This document shows positions 28,801 through 44,531 of a DNA stretch of 64,000 bases, piece by piece; the first letter of the stretch is position 1, and each line of letters starts with the position of its first letter. Source of the stretch: the human T2T-CHM13v2.0 reference genome, Homo sapiens; NCBI RefSeq assembly GCF_009914755.1, contig NC_060947.1. One strand, 5' to 3'. Under the pieces are notes generated by a model, which saw only the letters and a program-made list of their open reading frames with translations, searched no databases and was not told the origin of the DNA. Both the position numbers and the translations under genes were made by a program.

Positions 28801-29720
28801 GTTTCTTGTTCTCTAATCTTTGTATTGCTGTGAAGCTTATTTTATGAATGAAAATTATTTTTTTCAAATTCCTCAAAAATTTTATTGTTATTGTTGTATT
28901 CCTCATCTGTTGCATGCATTATATCTATTTCCTCTGAGATCAGTTGTTCTCGTGGTTTATGGTGGCCTTTCTGTTTTATGCAGCTCTCTAGAGGTACTTG
29001 GCTATCTATTCATGTCTATGAATGAAGGGCTAGGTTCCGAATACAGGTAGTTTTCATGGATTTCTCTGCAGTTGTATGTGTTTCCCTAACAGGATGTTCC
29101 ATTGAATGGGCAGTATTGTCTGTGAACTCAGCTATATGTAAATGGATAGGGCTTAAAGCATGTTTAGACATCGTTGCTTAAATGTATGTCAACCTAAAGT
29201 AGACCATCGCCACTGCAATTGCTGATATATTGAAGGGTTTATTTCTCTCCTGAGTAGCAGTATCTTTCTCAGCTACCTAACTCAACTGCCTAGCTGAAAT
29301 TCTTTTCTACTTCTCTCTCATACTTCGGTACCCACACTGAAAGCAGTTCCTTTCAGTCCAAGGGCTAGTTCACTTGTTAAAAGTGCAGTTTCTTTATTGT
29401 CCACCTCTCCATGGTTAAGTGTGTAACAGCCTTCAGCTCAGTAAGAGGCGGGTATTGTGAGAAGGTATTGGAAAAGATGGAGAAACAGCCCCGTGATTTT
29501 AATTTAAGTATTTAATTAATTTCACTGATGGTTTCCACAGGGCCCCTTTTGCCCCACAGCATTTATTGCTTCTGAGTTTGAAGACTTTTTTTTGGAGGGG
29601 CGGGGGGGTGTTGCTCTTACCTCTGCAGTTTTCTACCACGTGTTTTGGAATGCGGTTTTATCTATCTGATCCTGTCTGCTCTCTAACCTCTGGGAATTTC
29701 TTATAATTTCTGGTTCACTG
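25880..29720 (-). mobile_element. Ancient L1M (L1ME-like) remnant, interrupted by an MLT1 LTR
   Basis: T-rich antisense L1 text. ORF 28158-28442 (-) resembles the L1 ORF1 C-terminal region (SNTFKVLRENHF). Boundaries approximate. Confidence 0.55.
26618..27035 (+). mobile_element. MLT1C/D-like MaLR solo LTR
   Basis: 'aaagatgtccatgtcttaatccctagaa..ttacatggcaaaagggtctttgcagatgtgatt' ... 'tttaaatcactaagtgtggggcaatttcttacagc..gaaactaata'. Confidence 0.8.
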
Positions 29721-29729
29721 GTGATATAC

Positions 29730-30180
29730 TGTCTTATCAGCATTGTTATGCATTCAACAAATACTATGGAGCTCCTGCACTGTGCCAGTCACTGTTTTAG
29801 GTACCAGAGATATAGCCATGAACAACAACAACAACAACAAATTCTCAGCTGTCATGAAGCTTACCTTCTAGTGGAGGGAGACAGACAACAAATACATCAT
29901 TAAAATGCGTAGCTTATCAGATAGTGATATCTGCTGGGGTTTGAAGGGGAGGAATTTAGCAAGAAATAGGAAAAAAGAGTATCCGTATCCGTGTACCTGC
30001 TTGGGTCACGGGATGGGGGCGTTGTGTAGCAACGTAGATTGAAGCAAGTAAAGGAAGAGATGAAGGGAGCCATGCAGATAGCTAAAGATAGAAATCCAGA
30101 CAGAGAGAACAGCAAGTACAAAGACACTAATAAAGAAATTGCCTGGAGTTCTGTAAGAACAGTAAGAAGGCCAAGGTGGA
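29730..30180 (-). mobile_element. L2 LINE 3' fragment
   Basis: 'cattcaacaaatactatggagctcctgcactgtgccagtcactgttttagg' is an antisense L2 3' end. Confidence 0.7.
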
Positions 30181-30388
30181 TTTGCTTCTACATCACTATT
30201 TTACTAATTTTATAAAATTTGGAATAGAAGGGAAGTAAATATTTGTGCTCAATTGGCATACTTAATCCAACTTTCCATTGGGATTTCATTCTCTGAATGT
30301 ATATGTATTAGCCTCATTCTCCATACAACTTATTTATAATTATAGATCCTCTCATGACATTTTATTTTGCTATACCATGTTATACAAG

Positions 30389-30581
30389 CAATGGTGTGCT
30401 ACAGCCAGCTCACACCAGCTTACAAGACTTGGTTGTTAAATACTCAGGAGTTTTGCAAGCTGGTTGTTGAACCATTGGTAGCTTGTAGTTAATTGGCCAT
30501 GGTGGGAGTATTTACCCCATGGAATCACCAAAAGCTATAAATCAGGTTTTTTATAGAGACCCACTTCACCAGTGCAACAGT
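30389..30581 (+). mobile_element. MER63-like hAT DNA transposon
   Basis: 'caatggtgtgctacagccagctc..ggttgttaaa..caggagttttgcaagctggttgtt..ccatggtgggagtatttac'. Confidence 0.6.
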
Positions 30582-30929
30582 ATAATTAATTTTCATATTA
30601 CATAACTTTTTATTTATGTCTATTTTGCCTCCCACAATAAATTAATACCAGAAGTTTCTTAAAGACCAAAATTATCCTTTGGCATAATCAGAAATAATAA
30701 ATAAATGTCATTATGTACATAACAGTGCCCTGCAGTTATTTATTAGATAAAGGAAACAATTAGGGCAACTAGAATTTTCTAGTTCAACAGGTGGCTAAGA
30801 CTAACAGATATGGACAGAAGAGCAAAACTGATGTCATTAAACCTTGAGGCTATCTATCCATTGAATCCTTTTGTAATTCATATCAATTAACCATGGCATG
30901 TCTTAGTCTTTTTTATCAATGTTATAGTT

Positions 30930-31142
30930 AACAATTTTTAGTACTAACTATGCATAGGTGATAAGCACTTTATGTGTGTTCTTTCACTTACTCCTCAACA
31001 AATCCTAGGATGGGGTACTATAAATGGCTCTATTTTTTGGATTAAGAGACTGGCCTGGAGTCATACAGTTAGTGTGGGACAGAACCAAGACTCTTGTCTG
31101 GCCTGTATGGTTTCCTATTCCATGCTCTTAACCACTGCATAC
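30930..31142 (-). mobile_element. MIR SINE
   Basis: 'taagcactttatgtgtgtt..ctcaacaaatccta..catgctcttaaccactgcat'. Confidence 0.6.
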
Positions 31143-31639
31143 CATCTCCTAATTCTTCCCAAAGTGTCACTTCATGTAGCCTCATATTACCACTAATAGC
31201 CCCCATACTATGTGTTAATTTAAAATTAGGTTGAAATGGATTACTTTTTTCAATTTTAACTGAGGCAGATGTGAAGATTCTAATATTGACAGTGAGATGT
31301 TTTGCTAATTAACACTTCAGTTTAATAGCTTGAGCATGGCTGAAATTTAAGCTCAACTTGTCTTTGCAGGTCCTCTTGTGGTACAACTCAATTACTGCAG
31401 TTTGGATCTATTAGATAACACAATTTTGGAGATTTTCCAAAAGTAAATAGTAAAAGATACAATAAGTCAACATTTAAAAGCCTGGGAACTTTAGTCTGAG
31501 AAATATATTTTTTTAGGAGAGTATTCTGTTTATTCACTTTGTAAGTAATTATGTTAATGTCATAAAAGTATATAACAATAGAACTACCTTCTAGGTGACA
31601 TTTGTACCTGACTTGCAGTTAGCTATCATATTTCTAGAG

Positions 31640-32086
31640 CTGCATTGTGCAATATGGTAGCCATGAGCCACATGAGAGCTTGGAATGTGTATAGTGCGAC
31701 TGAGAAACTGGTTTTTAAAATTTTATTCCACTGTATTTGATTTTAATTAATTTAAATTTAAAAATTGAAGCAGTGTAAAATAATTTCTCAGTTAAATTTT
31801 TATTTTGGTAGAACTACTTTTCACTGTAACCACTAAAAATTTAGCATCTGAACTGAAATGTGCTGTAAGTATAAACTATATACAGATTTCAAGTACTGAA
31901 TTTTAAAAAGTCAAATATCTCATTAATAATTTTATATTGACTACATGTTAATACATTTCAAATATATTTTTAAGTGAAGAATAATATTAAAATTAATTTT
32001 ACTCCTTTTTACTTTGTTGGAGTGACTAGTAGATTATTTAAAAATATATATGTGGTTCACATTATATTTCTGTTGGACAGTGCTGC
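31640..32086 (+). mobile_element. MER33/Charlie1-type hAT element
   Basis: 'ctgcattgtgcaatatggtagccatgagccacatg' ... 'cacattatatttctgttggacagtgctg', flanked by a duplicated 'tctagag'. Confidence 0.75.
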
Positions 32087-32697
32087 TCTAGAGCATTGAA
32101 ATATTAATGAGTTCTAGTAGAGACCCAGTTTTGCTGAGATCATTTGTAAATGGGATATTATACCTGCAGCAATGGTTACAGTCATGCCTAATCTTCCTCA
32201 TAACCCAAGGAGCATTTCTTATAGCCCAGAGTCTCAACTGGTATGCAGGAATAGGATATGGTATGCAGTGACAGGGATTGCCATTCCCTTCCTGCACTCA
32301 GGGTGGTGGGGGCTGGGAGTGGAGTAGCATCCAGGCAGAGGCTTCTGGCTGGCACATCTCCAAACATTGGCCCCAATATCTGTCCTTACATGCATTGGAT
32401 ATTTCTGTCCATTTGTGGCTGACATGACCTTTTGGTGGTGTCCAAGCTAGATGCAAGTTAATTGCTCTAAGAATATATAGAAGTTCTGCATTACTTTGAA
32501 AAACTAGATATAAAAATATTCAATTTGATACAAAAATATACTTATTACAAAAATGTCAGTGTCACATTTGTTAATGAAATAAAAGAGCTGTTGAAATATT
32601 TATATCATTTTAGCCATTGTACATTTGTAAATGCAAACATTGATTTTACATTTTGAACTGTCTCACTTATGATAACTATCAAGAATTTAAAGAGATG

Positions 32698-33018
<321 letters not shown>

Positions 33019-34072
33019 CTATTAAAAAGTCTTGATCAGGAACAGCAAGGAGCCTTTTAAGCATCAAATCTTTCTTTACTGCTTTTTTCCTTTAACAAAT
33101 TTTTACTGTGTACCTACTTTGTGCTCAGAGTTGTTCTAATGCTTGGAATCTATTAATGAACAAAACAAACAAACAAAACACCCTGAGCTCAAAATGCCAG
33201 AGGTTGGATAAGAAACATGGATTATTGGCCACTTCTACTTTTAAATGCACTTCTCAACAGAAAATTCACTTTGTTATAACATGTTGCACCATCTATTCAT
33301 CCTAAGAGGACTGAGATCTATATATCATTTGGTTATGCTAATTTCTTTCATTTCCCAGAATTTCATGATTTATGATTTAATATTTCCCAAAATTAGTATG
33401 TGTGCTTCATTGCTCCTAGATCCCCATTAAGAAGTTTGCTTTTCCCACCCTTCTCCAACCCTTCAATGGAGAATAATAAATTCTTGTTCACAAAGAATAG
33501 GACTAAATCTCATTAGACTGGAACTTACCTACCCTAGATTAAAGAAAACTGCTAATTTGGCTGCAATGATATATTCTTATGGAAAAATGCCAAACTGTAC
33601 CTATCTGTATAAAAAACCTTTTATAAAATCCCAAGAACTTTGAGTCTGCCTACAAGCCTCAAGTCGTAATGTTGAGTTCTCTGTCTTCCTGGGGCACCCT
33701 TTTCTAAAGATTTTGCTGCCGTCATCTCCCCTATTTGCTTTGAGTGAGAATATCCCTGAGATCTAACTGCAGCTTTCAGGGTCCTCTCTACAGTTCTTTC
33801 TAAGAGGTCCAAGGATTTTTATGCAAATGACTCCAGTGCTTTCCCAGACCTTCCAAAGTCTCTTGCAGTGAGTTATGTTACCCATACATGACTAGCCCCA
33901 CTTGAACCCTATTCTTTAAGGCACTGCTCCCCACCTTTTGCATACTAGAGCAATTGTAGGAAGTAATATTTGCAATGGGCACTAGAGTAAAGTGGAGGGC
34001 TTCAGGGGCAATAAGAGGGAGTTGTTTAAAAACGCACATTACATTTATGTTATATAATGATAGAAAATGTTA

Positions 34073-34411
<339 letters not shown>

Positions 34412-35019
34412 CTAAGCATTATAGAATAAATTATATATTAAATTTGATGAAAATAATAATTTTAGCCTTCCTTTCATAAATACAGCTTTATATCTGCTTT
34501 GCAGCAAAGGTATAGTATAAATAGACCAAATCCATATCCCTCTTTTGAATTAGTAAATAAAATACAAGATTTTTTCCATTAAAAAAAGAGTCACCAATAG
34601 TCTGTCAAGCTCCTCTCTTTTCCATTCTAATTCCTCTTCCTTCTTGCATAAGTTTGTTTTAGTAACCATCCCTGCCCCATTCACCCTTTCCCCACCACCT
34701 CCCCCATTCCCCAGATGAAGCTCTGCATGTTATTTTCTTTCTTAATCTTCCAGCATTTATAAAAACAAAGCATTTATGAATATATAGTCTTATCTTTCTC
34801 CACCCTTTTTTATCCCAGAACAATGCACTGTTCTACACATTGCTTTATGCAACTAGCAAAATATGCTAGAAATCTGAGATGTTTTATTATCACTGCATAG
34901 AGATGACTCTCATTATGTTTTCAGCTACATCCTAGCCTATCTTCTAGATGTTTCACAATTTATTTAAATAGCCTACAACAGCAGACCTCTTGATCTCTTT
35001 TACTATTACAAACAATGCC

Positions 35020-35100
35020 ATATATATATATATAATATATATATATAATATATATATATTATATATATATTACATATATATATATTATATATATATATAT
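35020..35100. repeat. (TA)n-rich microsatellite
   Basis: Seen directly. Confidence 0.9.
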
Positions 35101-35139
35101 GAGGGGAAGTATAACTGTACAGGTAAGGGGAAGTGAGTG

Positions 35140-35845
<706 letters not shown>

Positions 35846-36113
35846 GCAGGAAAACAGATGTAAGCACATATGTAAAGATGAGTGTAAACCCTGAATAAAA
35901 ATAATGTACTTTTTGATGGAAGAATGAACCAAAAATTAAAACTAAAATGGTTACATATAGGGAAAGAGAGGGAACAAGTAGAAGGAGACAAGGGTTGAAG
36001 CTACATGTCTCTGAATATGCCTTATTTTGTAAATTTCATTTTGGAACTATAGTAATGTTTTTACATAATTATAATGCAAAATTAAATTTTAAAAAAGCAA
36101 TTCACAAAACTCT

Positions 36114-36402
36114 GTTTCTTTGAGACAGGGTCTCCCTCTTTCTCCAGGCTTCAGTGCAGTGGCTGGATCATGGCTCACTGCAGCCTGAAACCCCCAGGCT
36201 CAAGCGGTCCTCCCATCTCAGCCTTCTGAGTAGCTGAGATTACAGGCATGTGCCACCACATCTGGCTAATTTCTTTTTTTTTTTTTTTTTTTTTGTAAAG
36301 GCAAGGTCTCACTCTGTTGCCCAGGCTGATCTTGAATTCCTAGCCTCAAGTGATCCTTCTGCCTCGGCCTTCCAAAGGGCTTGGATTATAGGCATGAGCC
36401 AT
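36114..36402 (-). mobile_element. AluJ SINE
   Basis: Antisense Alu with J-type text 'tgagacagggtctc..atcatggctcactgcagcct..ggctcaagcggtcctccc'. Confidence 0.85.
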
Positions 36403-36755
36403 ATCCATAAAATTCTAAAGCAAAACAAAGAAAATTAGCATAACCATTTACAGAGTGGTGGCATAACCTCAAAAAAATAAGGATACAAGTCTATTCTTGC
36501 ATACATGTAAAATTTTCTATGAGTGGGAGAGGGAGAGGGAAAGGGATGAGGAATGGGGGATGAGGGATGAGGGATGAGAGATATCATCCAGAAAGATAGG
36601 AGGAAAACATAATGTGAAGTCAAAGAAACTATTCTTTAAGCAAGAGAGAATAATCAAAACAATGAAATGCTGCCCAGAGGTCAAATAAAATGAGGAGTAT
36701 GAAACATCCATTGCACTTAGCAACACTCAGTGAGTTGATTTAAAAACATTACATG

Positions 36756-38300
36756 AGCTAATTTTTGTATAAGTTATAAGGAAAGGGTCCAGTTTCTGTA
36801 TTCTACATATGGCTAGCCAGTTTTCCCAGCACCATTTATTAAATAGGGAATCCTTTCCCCATTGCTTGTTTTTGTCAGGTTTGTCGAAGATCAGATGGTT
36901 GTAGATATGTGGTGTTATTTCTGAGGCCTCTGTTCTGTTCCATTGGTCTATATATCTGTTTTGGTAACAGTACCATGCTGTTTTGGTTACTGTAGCCTTG
37001 TAGTATAGTTTGAAGTCAGGTAGTGTGATGCCTCCAGCTTTGTTCTTTTTGCTTAGGATTGTCTTGGCTATATGGGCTCTTTTTTGGTGCCATATGAAAT
37101 CTAAAGTAGTTTTTTCTAGTTCTGTGAAGAAAGTCAATGGTAGCTTGATGGGAATAGCATTGAATCTATACATTGCTTTGGGCAGTATGGCCATTTTCAC
37201 AATATTGATTCTTCCTATCCATGAGCATGGAATGTTTTCCCATTTGTTTGTGTCCTCTCTTATTTCCTTGAGCAGTGGTTTGTGGTTCTCCTTGAAGAGG
37301 TCCTTCACATCCCTTGTAAGTTGGATTCCTAGGTATTTTATTCTCTTTGTAGCAATTGTGAATGGGAGGTCACTCATGATTTGGCTGTCTGTTTGTGTAT
37401 TATTGGTGTAGAGGAATGCTTGTGATTTTTGCACATTGATTTTGTATCCTGAGACTTTGCTGAAGTTGCTTATCAGCTTAATGAGTTTTTGGGCTCGTGA
37501 TCACTGGTCATTAGAGAAATGCAAATCAAAACCACAATGAGATACCATCTCACACCAGTTAGAATGGCGATCATTAAAAAGTCAGGAAACAACAGATGCT
37601 GGAGAGGATTTGGACAAATAGGAATGCTTTTAGACTCTTGATGGGAGTGTAATTTAGTTCAACCATTGTGGAAGACAGTTTGGCGATTCCTCCAGGATCT
37701 AGAACCAGAAATACCATTTGACCCAGCAATATCACTACTGGGTATATACCCAAAGGATTATAAATCATTCTACTATAAAGATACATGCACACGTATCTTT
37801 ACTGCGGCACTATTCACAATAGCAAAGACTTGGAACCAACCCAAATGCCCATCAATGATAGACTGGATAAAGAAAATGTGGCACATATACACCATGAAAT
37901 ACTATGCAGCCCTAAAAAAGGATGAGTTCATGTCCTTTGCTGGGACATGGATGAAGCTGGAAACCATCATTCTCAGCAAACTAACACAGGAACAGAAAAC
38001 CAAACACTGCATGTTCTCACTCATAAGCAGGAGTTGAACAATTAGAACATGTGGACACAGGGAGGGGAACATCACACACCAGGGCCTGTCAGGGGGTGGG
38101 GGGCACGAGGAAGGAGAGCATTAGGACAAATACCTAATGCATGCTGGGCTTAAAACCTAGATGACGGGTTGACGGGTACAGCAAACCACCATGGTACATG
38201 TATACCTATGTAACAAACCTGCACGTTCTGCCCATGTATCTCAGAACTTAAAGTATAAATACATACATACATACATACATACATACATACATACATACAT
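36756..38300 (+). mobile_element. 5'-inverted (twin-primed) truncated LINE-1, L1PA8-like
   Basis: Inverted ORF2 segment ~36756-37497 (ORF 36727-37434, minus) joined to a sense 3' segment ~37498-38260. The tail is (ACAT)n. TSD acattacatg at 36746-36755 / 38301-38310. Confidence 0.93.
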
Positions 38301-38644
38301 ACATTACATGTGGTTTGAAAAGGGCAAATGTTCTTACAGGGATACCATGATAGAAGGTGAAATCAAGAATGATCTGCACTACCCAGGATGTGTGAACATA
38401 ATTCTCTTACTTCTGGCTTTCTACGCTTCCAAATTCTGACCCAAACACCATTTATCATATCCCGTTGCATAAGACAGGTTCAACTCCACCAAAATGAGGA
38501 GCTTACTTCATTTTGGTGGAGGCTCCAAGTTTTTGAAGGCCTCTGTAAGTGGCTCCGAAGGCATGAGAAGGAGTTAAGGAGGTAAGATTTGATCTGCTTG
38601 AGATGCAGCATGTTACACTGTATATTATTATTGTTGTTATTACT

Positions 38645-38765
38645 ATTTATTTTTAGAGATGGGGTCTCACTATGTTGCCAAAGCTGGTCTCAAACTCCTG
38701 GGCTCAAGCAATCCTCCCACATCAGCTTCCTGAGGAGCTGGGACTATAGGTGTGTGCCACCACAC
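38645..38765 (-). mobile_element. FLAM/Alu monomer
   Basis: 'ttttagagatggggtctcactatgttgcc..ggtctcaaactcctgggctcaagcaatcctccc'. Confidence 0.8.
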
Positions 38766-40361
38766 CTACTTTATTATTATTATTATTATTACTAAATGGA
38801 TACTAATATTGTGTTTACTAAGTACCAAATGCTATTCTATGCACTGTATAAATATGGACTCATTGAATCCTCTCAAGCCCCCTATAAGGTGGATGATACT
38901 GTTATAAATTTTTGCTCTGGCTCTATTGCTTTCTCACCATGTGAGCTTGATCAAGTCATTTCTCCACTCTGTGCTTCAGTTTGCTCTTCTGTAAAATGCA
39001 GACTTTCATCTTGGGATTGCAAAAGTTCTTTTCAACCTTAACACTCTATAAGCTGTGATAATGAGAAATGAGCATTGCCCACTGACTTAACATGGTAGGG
39101 ATGAGGATAATACTGACCTGGCCCTTTCTTTTTCCCATCTTCTCCCAACTTAGAGTTCTATTATCTATATTCTGTTGTTCCCCATACAGAAGGTGGAAAA
39201 TGTTGAATAACTACAGTCCCTGGCTCTACACAGATGTTCAACAAATATTTTTAAATGTATTAATGAGTGAAAAATTCAACTATTCTAGCCTCCATTTCTT
39301 AGAGACCCTGTAATGATGTTTCTTTACCCAGAGAAGTGGTGACATTTTGGCCAAGGGTGTGTATATGTGCATACGTGTGTGTGTGCATGTGCTTGTGTGA
39401 GCATTTTTACAACCATGCTGCATTCCTGTCCAGATTCTTTTTACTCAAGAAAAGGACTGCTGTGGTCATTCAAAAGCTTTCAGTAAAGAATGTTCTGCAA
39501 CACAAATTCATGCCGGTTGCTAAAGGAACAGATTTTTGAGAGCAGTCAAAAGTGGCTTGAGGCTCTTAAGAAAGTTGACTAAGTACTCTAAACACTAAAG
39601 AGAAAGCTGCATGTCAAGCTCTGCTGTTGATGGATTTAATTAAATGGCTGTTCCTTCAGGCTGTACGCAGGTTTGTTAAAGCATTCTTATGTATGCTTGC
39701 TTCTAAATTAATCAACAAATAATTAAAACTCAACTCTTCATTCTTTAAAGGTTTTCCCATAAAATTATTAAGGTAAAAGAAAAATGGTGGAGCCTCATGC
39801 CTTCAGAAAACCACAACTCAGAAATTATACATATTACATGAGGATTATTCGTGTTCCAAAAAAGTTCACTGAATGCAGTTCCTTTAAATAGCCTGCTCCC
39901 TCAGTGCGCTTAAGATGTGACTGGATTTTCCAAAGTTGTATCAACACAAAGCTTTTCAGGAAAACACATGTTTTGTAAAGTGAGGCTCCTCTATATTTGA
40001 ACTGAGCAACCTTAAGTTGCCACTGTGTATCCAATAATTTTTATAGTTACTTGAACTGAAAACTCACTTTGAAGATGCAAAAAACAAAATTGTCCCATTG
40101 GAAGCTTTTCAGTAAACACAATACAGAAAGTTCGCATAACAGGGAGGAATTTCAAGTTAATTGTATCAAATACTTGGGTATCTTGTGATGGAACTACTGC
40201 ATTTTATTAACAGCTGCAAATTAATTTCTGGATGATAGTTTCTCAGAAACTAATGTGCATATTTCCCAAATACAAAGTGAGTACATTCAGTATAACTCCT
40301 TGGTTGGGGTTATCAGAAACTCTTGGAAAACCTTCTTTGTTGTTCATTAGTTAATTTATGA

Positions 40362-40542
40362 TTTAAAATGTTACCCAATGCAGTAGTCATGATTAATATA
40401 TCTTATGAATTTTTCCCCTTGTGGTATATATGTACTAGGCAATACATATATACTATATACTATATATATAACACATATACCAAAAGGGGAACATTTCTTA
40501 AGAGATATTAATCATGACTACTGCATTGGGTAACATTTTAAA
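40362..40542. repeat. Long inverted repeat (hairpin/cruciform-capable)
   Basis: 40362-40399 is the exact reverse complement of 40505-40542 (38 bp). The stem extends inward ~30 bp with ~5 mismatches around a ~45-nt AT-rich loop. Confidence 0.95.
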
Positions 40543-41023
40543 ACATATGTAAATCTTTCTTCCCCACTACCACATGCAGATTACATTCGGATCTCCTTTT
40601 CTGTAATCTGCATGCGGTAGTGGGGAAGAAAAATAAGATTTAAAGCAGGAACATTTGAAAATGAGAAGCAGAAAAAGTGGTGCTCCTGAGGGAGTAGTCT
40701 TTCTCGTGGCATGCTGCCCAGATACTGCTATTCCTTCCTGGCTAAAGCCACACGGAAGATGAAAGGCAGAGGCCAAGAAACAGAGTGGAATTGTGGTGGG
40801 AAACAGAGCTTCATGGACGTCAGCAATTTGCAAAGCCGGAATGTCCAGTTTGAGAGTAACGCAGGCCAGGAAGCTGTAATGGTCAGTCAGTGGCACCTGG
40901 GCAGGGCAGCGTGGGCATCAGGGCTGTCACTCAGAAAGTCAGTGTTCCCAGTAAGAGTGGGACCCTGTGGTCATGCAACCAAGGGTGGAGTTTCTCAGAA
41001 GGATCATGTGACCTACAGCCCAC

Positions 41024-41315
41024 CTTTTGTGAGAATTGTGCAGTATTGAGAGATGATGCAGACAAAAAATGGAGACACAAGGAAATATGATCCCACAAGA
41101 CAACACAAAGAACAAATATGCAGAGGCCAAGAGAAAACAGTGTAAATGGCAGTAGCCACAGGAACAGCAGCAGGAACAGCAGCAGAAAACTGGAACACAA
41201 AGCATATGATTTTGCATCAGGATCAAAGACACTAGGAAAATGCAGCAGGAATCTGAGAGCCCCAAATGTACACTAGCAAGTACCGGTGAGATATCCAAAG
41301 TAGGGATAGCATGTG
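41024..41315 (-). other. Candidate exon (coding status unknown)
   Basis: Strong acceptor 'tttttttttcttttcccccttgacag|' and donor 'AAG|gtgggc'. Lies in non-repeat sequence within an open frame (ORF 40939-41322). Confidence 0.3.
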
Positions 41316-43129
41316 CTGTCAAGGGGGAAAAGAAAAAAAAAACAGAATTGAAACTTAGCCTACCACCTTAATATTTCATGATGTGTCAGGGCATGAAAAA
41401 AATATGTCCAGTGTGATGAGGTAGGACAGACAAAACCAGGACCTAGAGCAAGGTGTGCCTGCTATGGTGGGGCATGGACTTCTTGACAAAAGAGATTCCT
41501 AAATACCCTTACCAGGAGAACACTCTTCCAACAGGTTTAAGAGAACACTCTTAAACCATCCCCACCCAGCTGACTCTGGGTGATTTCAGCAGTGGGGGCC
41601 CCTTCAGCCATCTCCTGCCTGCAGCTGAACTCACTCCAGGCAAGCTGGTGCCAGCAATTAACCCTACAGGTCACAGTTTCCCCCAAGGGATGTGACACCT
41701 GGTTCTGCAGTTTTAGCAGGATCCCAGGCTGAATTCCCTTACATTCTATTGGCTTGTTTATTAAGCCCACATCTACTAAAACTGTCAGAAAAGTTTCAAG
41801 CTGGTTTCTCATGACCAAAAACATAATCCTATAATCCTTGAAAAATATTTTTGAACAGATAAACTGTACAGCGTAGTATCTGACACAGCCAGGAACCTGC
41901 AGGCCAACCCATCCCCCAAAGTACAAGCCTCCTCACAGCAGTCTGGTCTGGTTAGTGGGCCCCATCCAATACAGTTAACCCTTTCATGCCAATCAGGGTT
42001 CCAATCCTTCCTTGGAACTATAATCTTCTTAAATATTTTCTGCTAGGGTGCAGGTTACATGCAAAAAAAGAATCAATAAATAACGCTGCATGGAATAAGT
42101 GTTAATTTTCAACGAAGAATGCTGTTGGTTGGCCAAAACACCTAAACAAGATACACTGAAGGTAATATTTGCCTTCAGTAAGTCTAAATATTTTACCTTT
42201 GGATGATTAAAAGTTTAATACAAGGGTCTGATTTTTTTAAAAAAAGAAAGGTCTCTCATGTAATGTTTAAAAGAAAGCTCTCTCATGTAATGGAGGTCTG
42301 TTTAGGTTGATTTTTTTAAAATAAAATCTTACTTAAAGTTTGATCTTAGGTGGTTTTGAATTTTGAAAGTTTCATTTCCCTGAAAGAATATTGACAAGGA
42401 AGCAAAAGCTCTTATTCAATATGAAGCGAGTATAGTATTCCAATTGCCTAGGAGTCTAACTTCCAGTAACTTTAACCAACAAGCTCAAACTGGACAATGA
42501 AAGTAAGTGAAAATGTCCCTGAGCCCTTGATGAAACTATAACAAAGGCCATACACTTTAGTAAGTAGTAGGTGAGGAAGCTGCTCTCCAGCCTTTCAACT
42601 AAAATTGTTGTTTTTGAATTATGTGTAATAATGAGGGGGTGAGAAATAAAACTGTGAGAAGAAGGTTCATTAATGAACTACAAAGAGAGAGAAAAGTCAC
42701 TAGATGAGCCACAGAAGCCTGAGGAAATGCTCTAAGTGAACCCTGAGTACCCTGACAGGGCTACAAATAAAATACAATCTATGATGTTCCAAGGAATCAT
42801 CAAGAAAGGGTTAAGTCAGGTTAAGTACTTTATGTTGAATAAAGCACAGAAAGTGCTTGAGGCATTTTAGAAATTTTCCAACTTTTGGGAAAACAAAGGG
42901 ATAGACATTAGTTACGATGGGAAAATGCATTTACAGAGACTACCCCATTCCTTCATAGATAATACTCCATTCCCTCACAGAGAATACTGTATCCCTTATA
43001 GCTCAATAATAAATAGTAAGAATGGTTCTCAATGATTGAGTACCTTCACTCAGATAATCAGTGCTGGAGTTCAGGTTCAAATCCAGGATGGTCAGGCTTC
43101 AAACCCTTCCCATTACACAACAGCTCGAC

Positions 43130-44230
<1,101 letters not shown>

Positions 44231-44531
44231 CTGATACATATGAAGATAGCACTTTTCTTCAACCTGCATATCTGAAGGACTCAACATTCAGCTTATTTGC
44301 TACTGAATTTTGTAAATTGCTCATGAAACGCTGTTGGTTGTGGAGTTATAGTCAGCAATGAACTTTTGCTGCTTTGTTTTAAGTGCACGTTCTTCTAAAG
44401 GTGCTGAGTGAAGTGAAAATGTTATGTTGTTATTTATTCCCAAGAACAGGAAAAAATATTTAGTAATTATATTTCATAATATATTAATATTAAATCAAGA
44501 GGTAAATCTATCTTGGCATGTGGAAGTTTTT

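Noticed and set aside
42241-42292. Short tandem duplications (also ~49548-49579, ~42943-42990 and ~13180-13201)
   Set aside because: Ordinary slippage duplications with no further structure.
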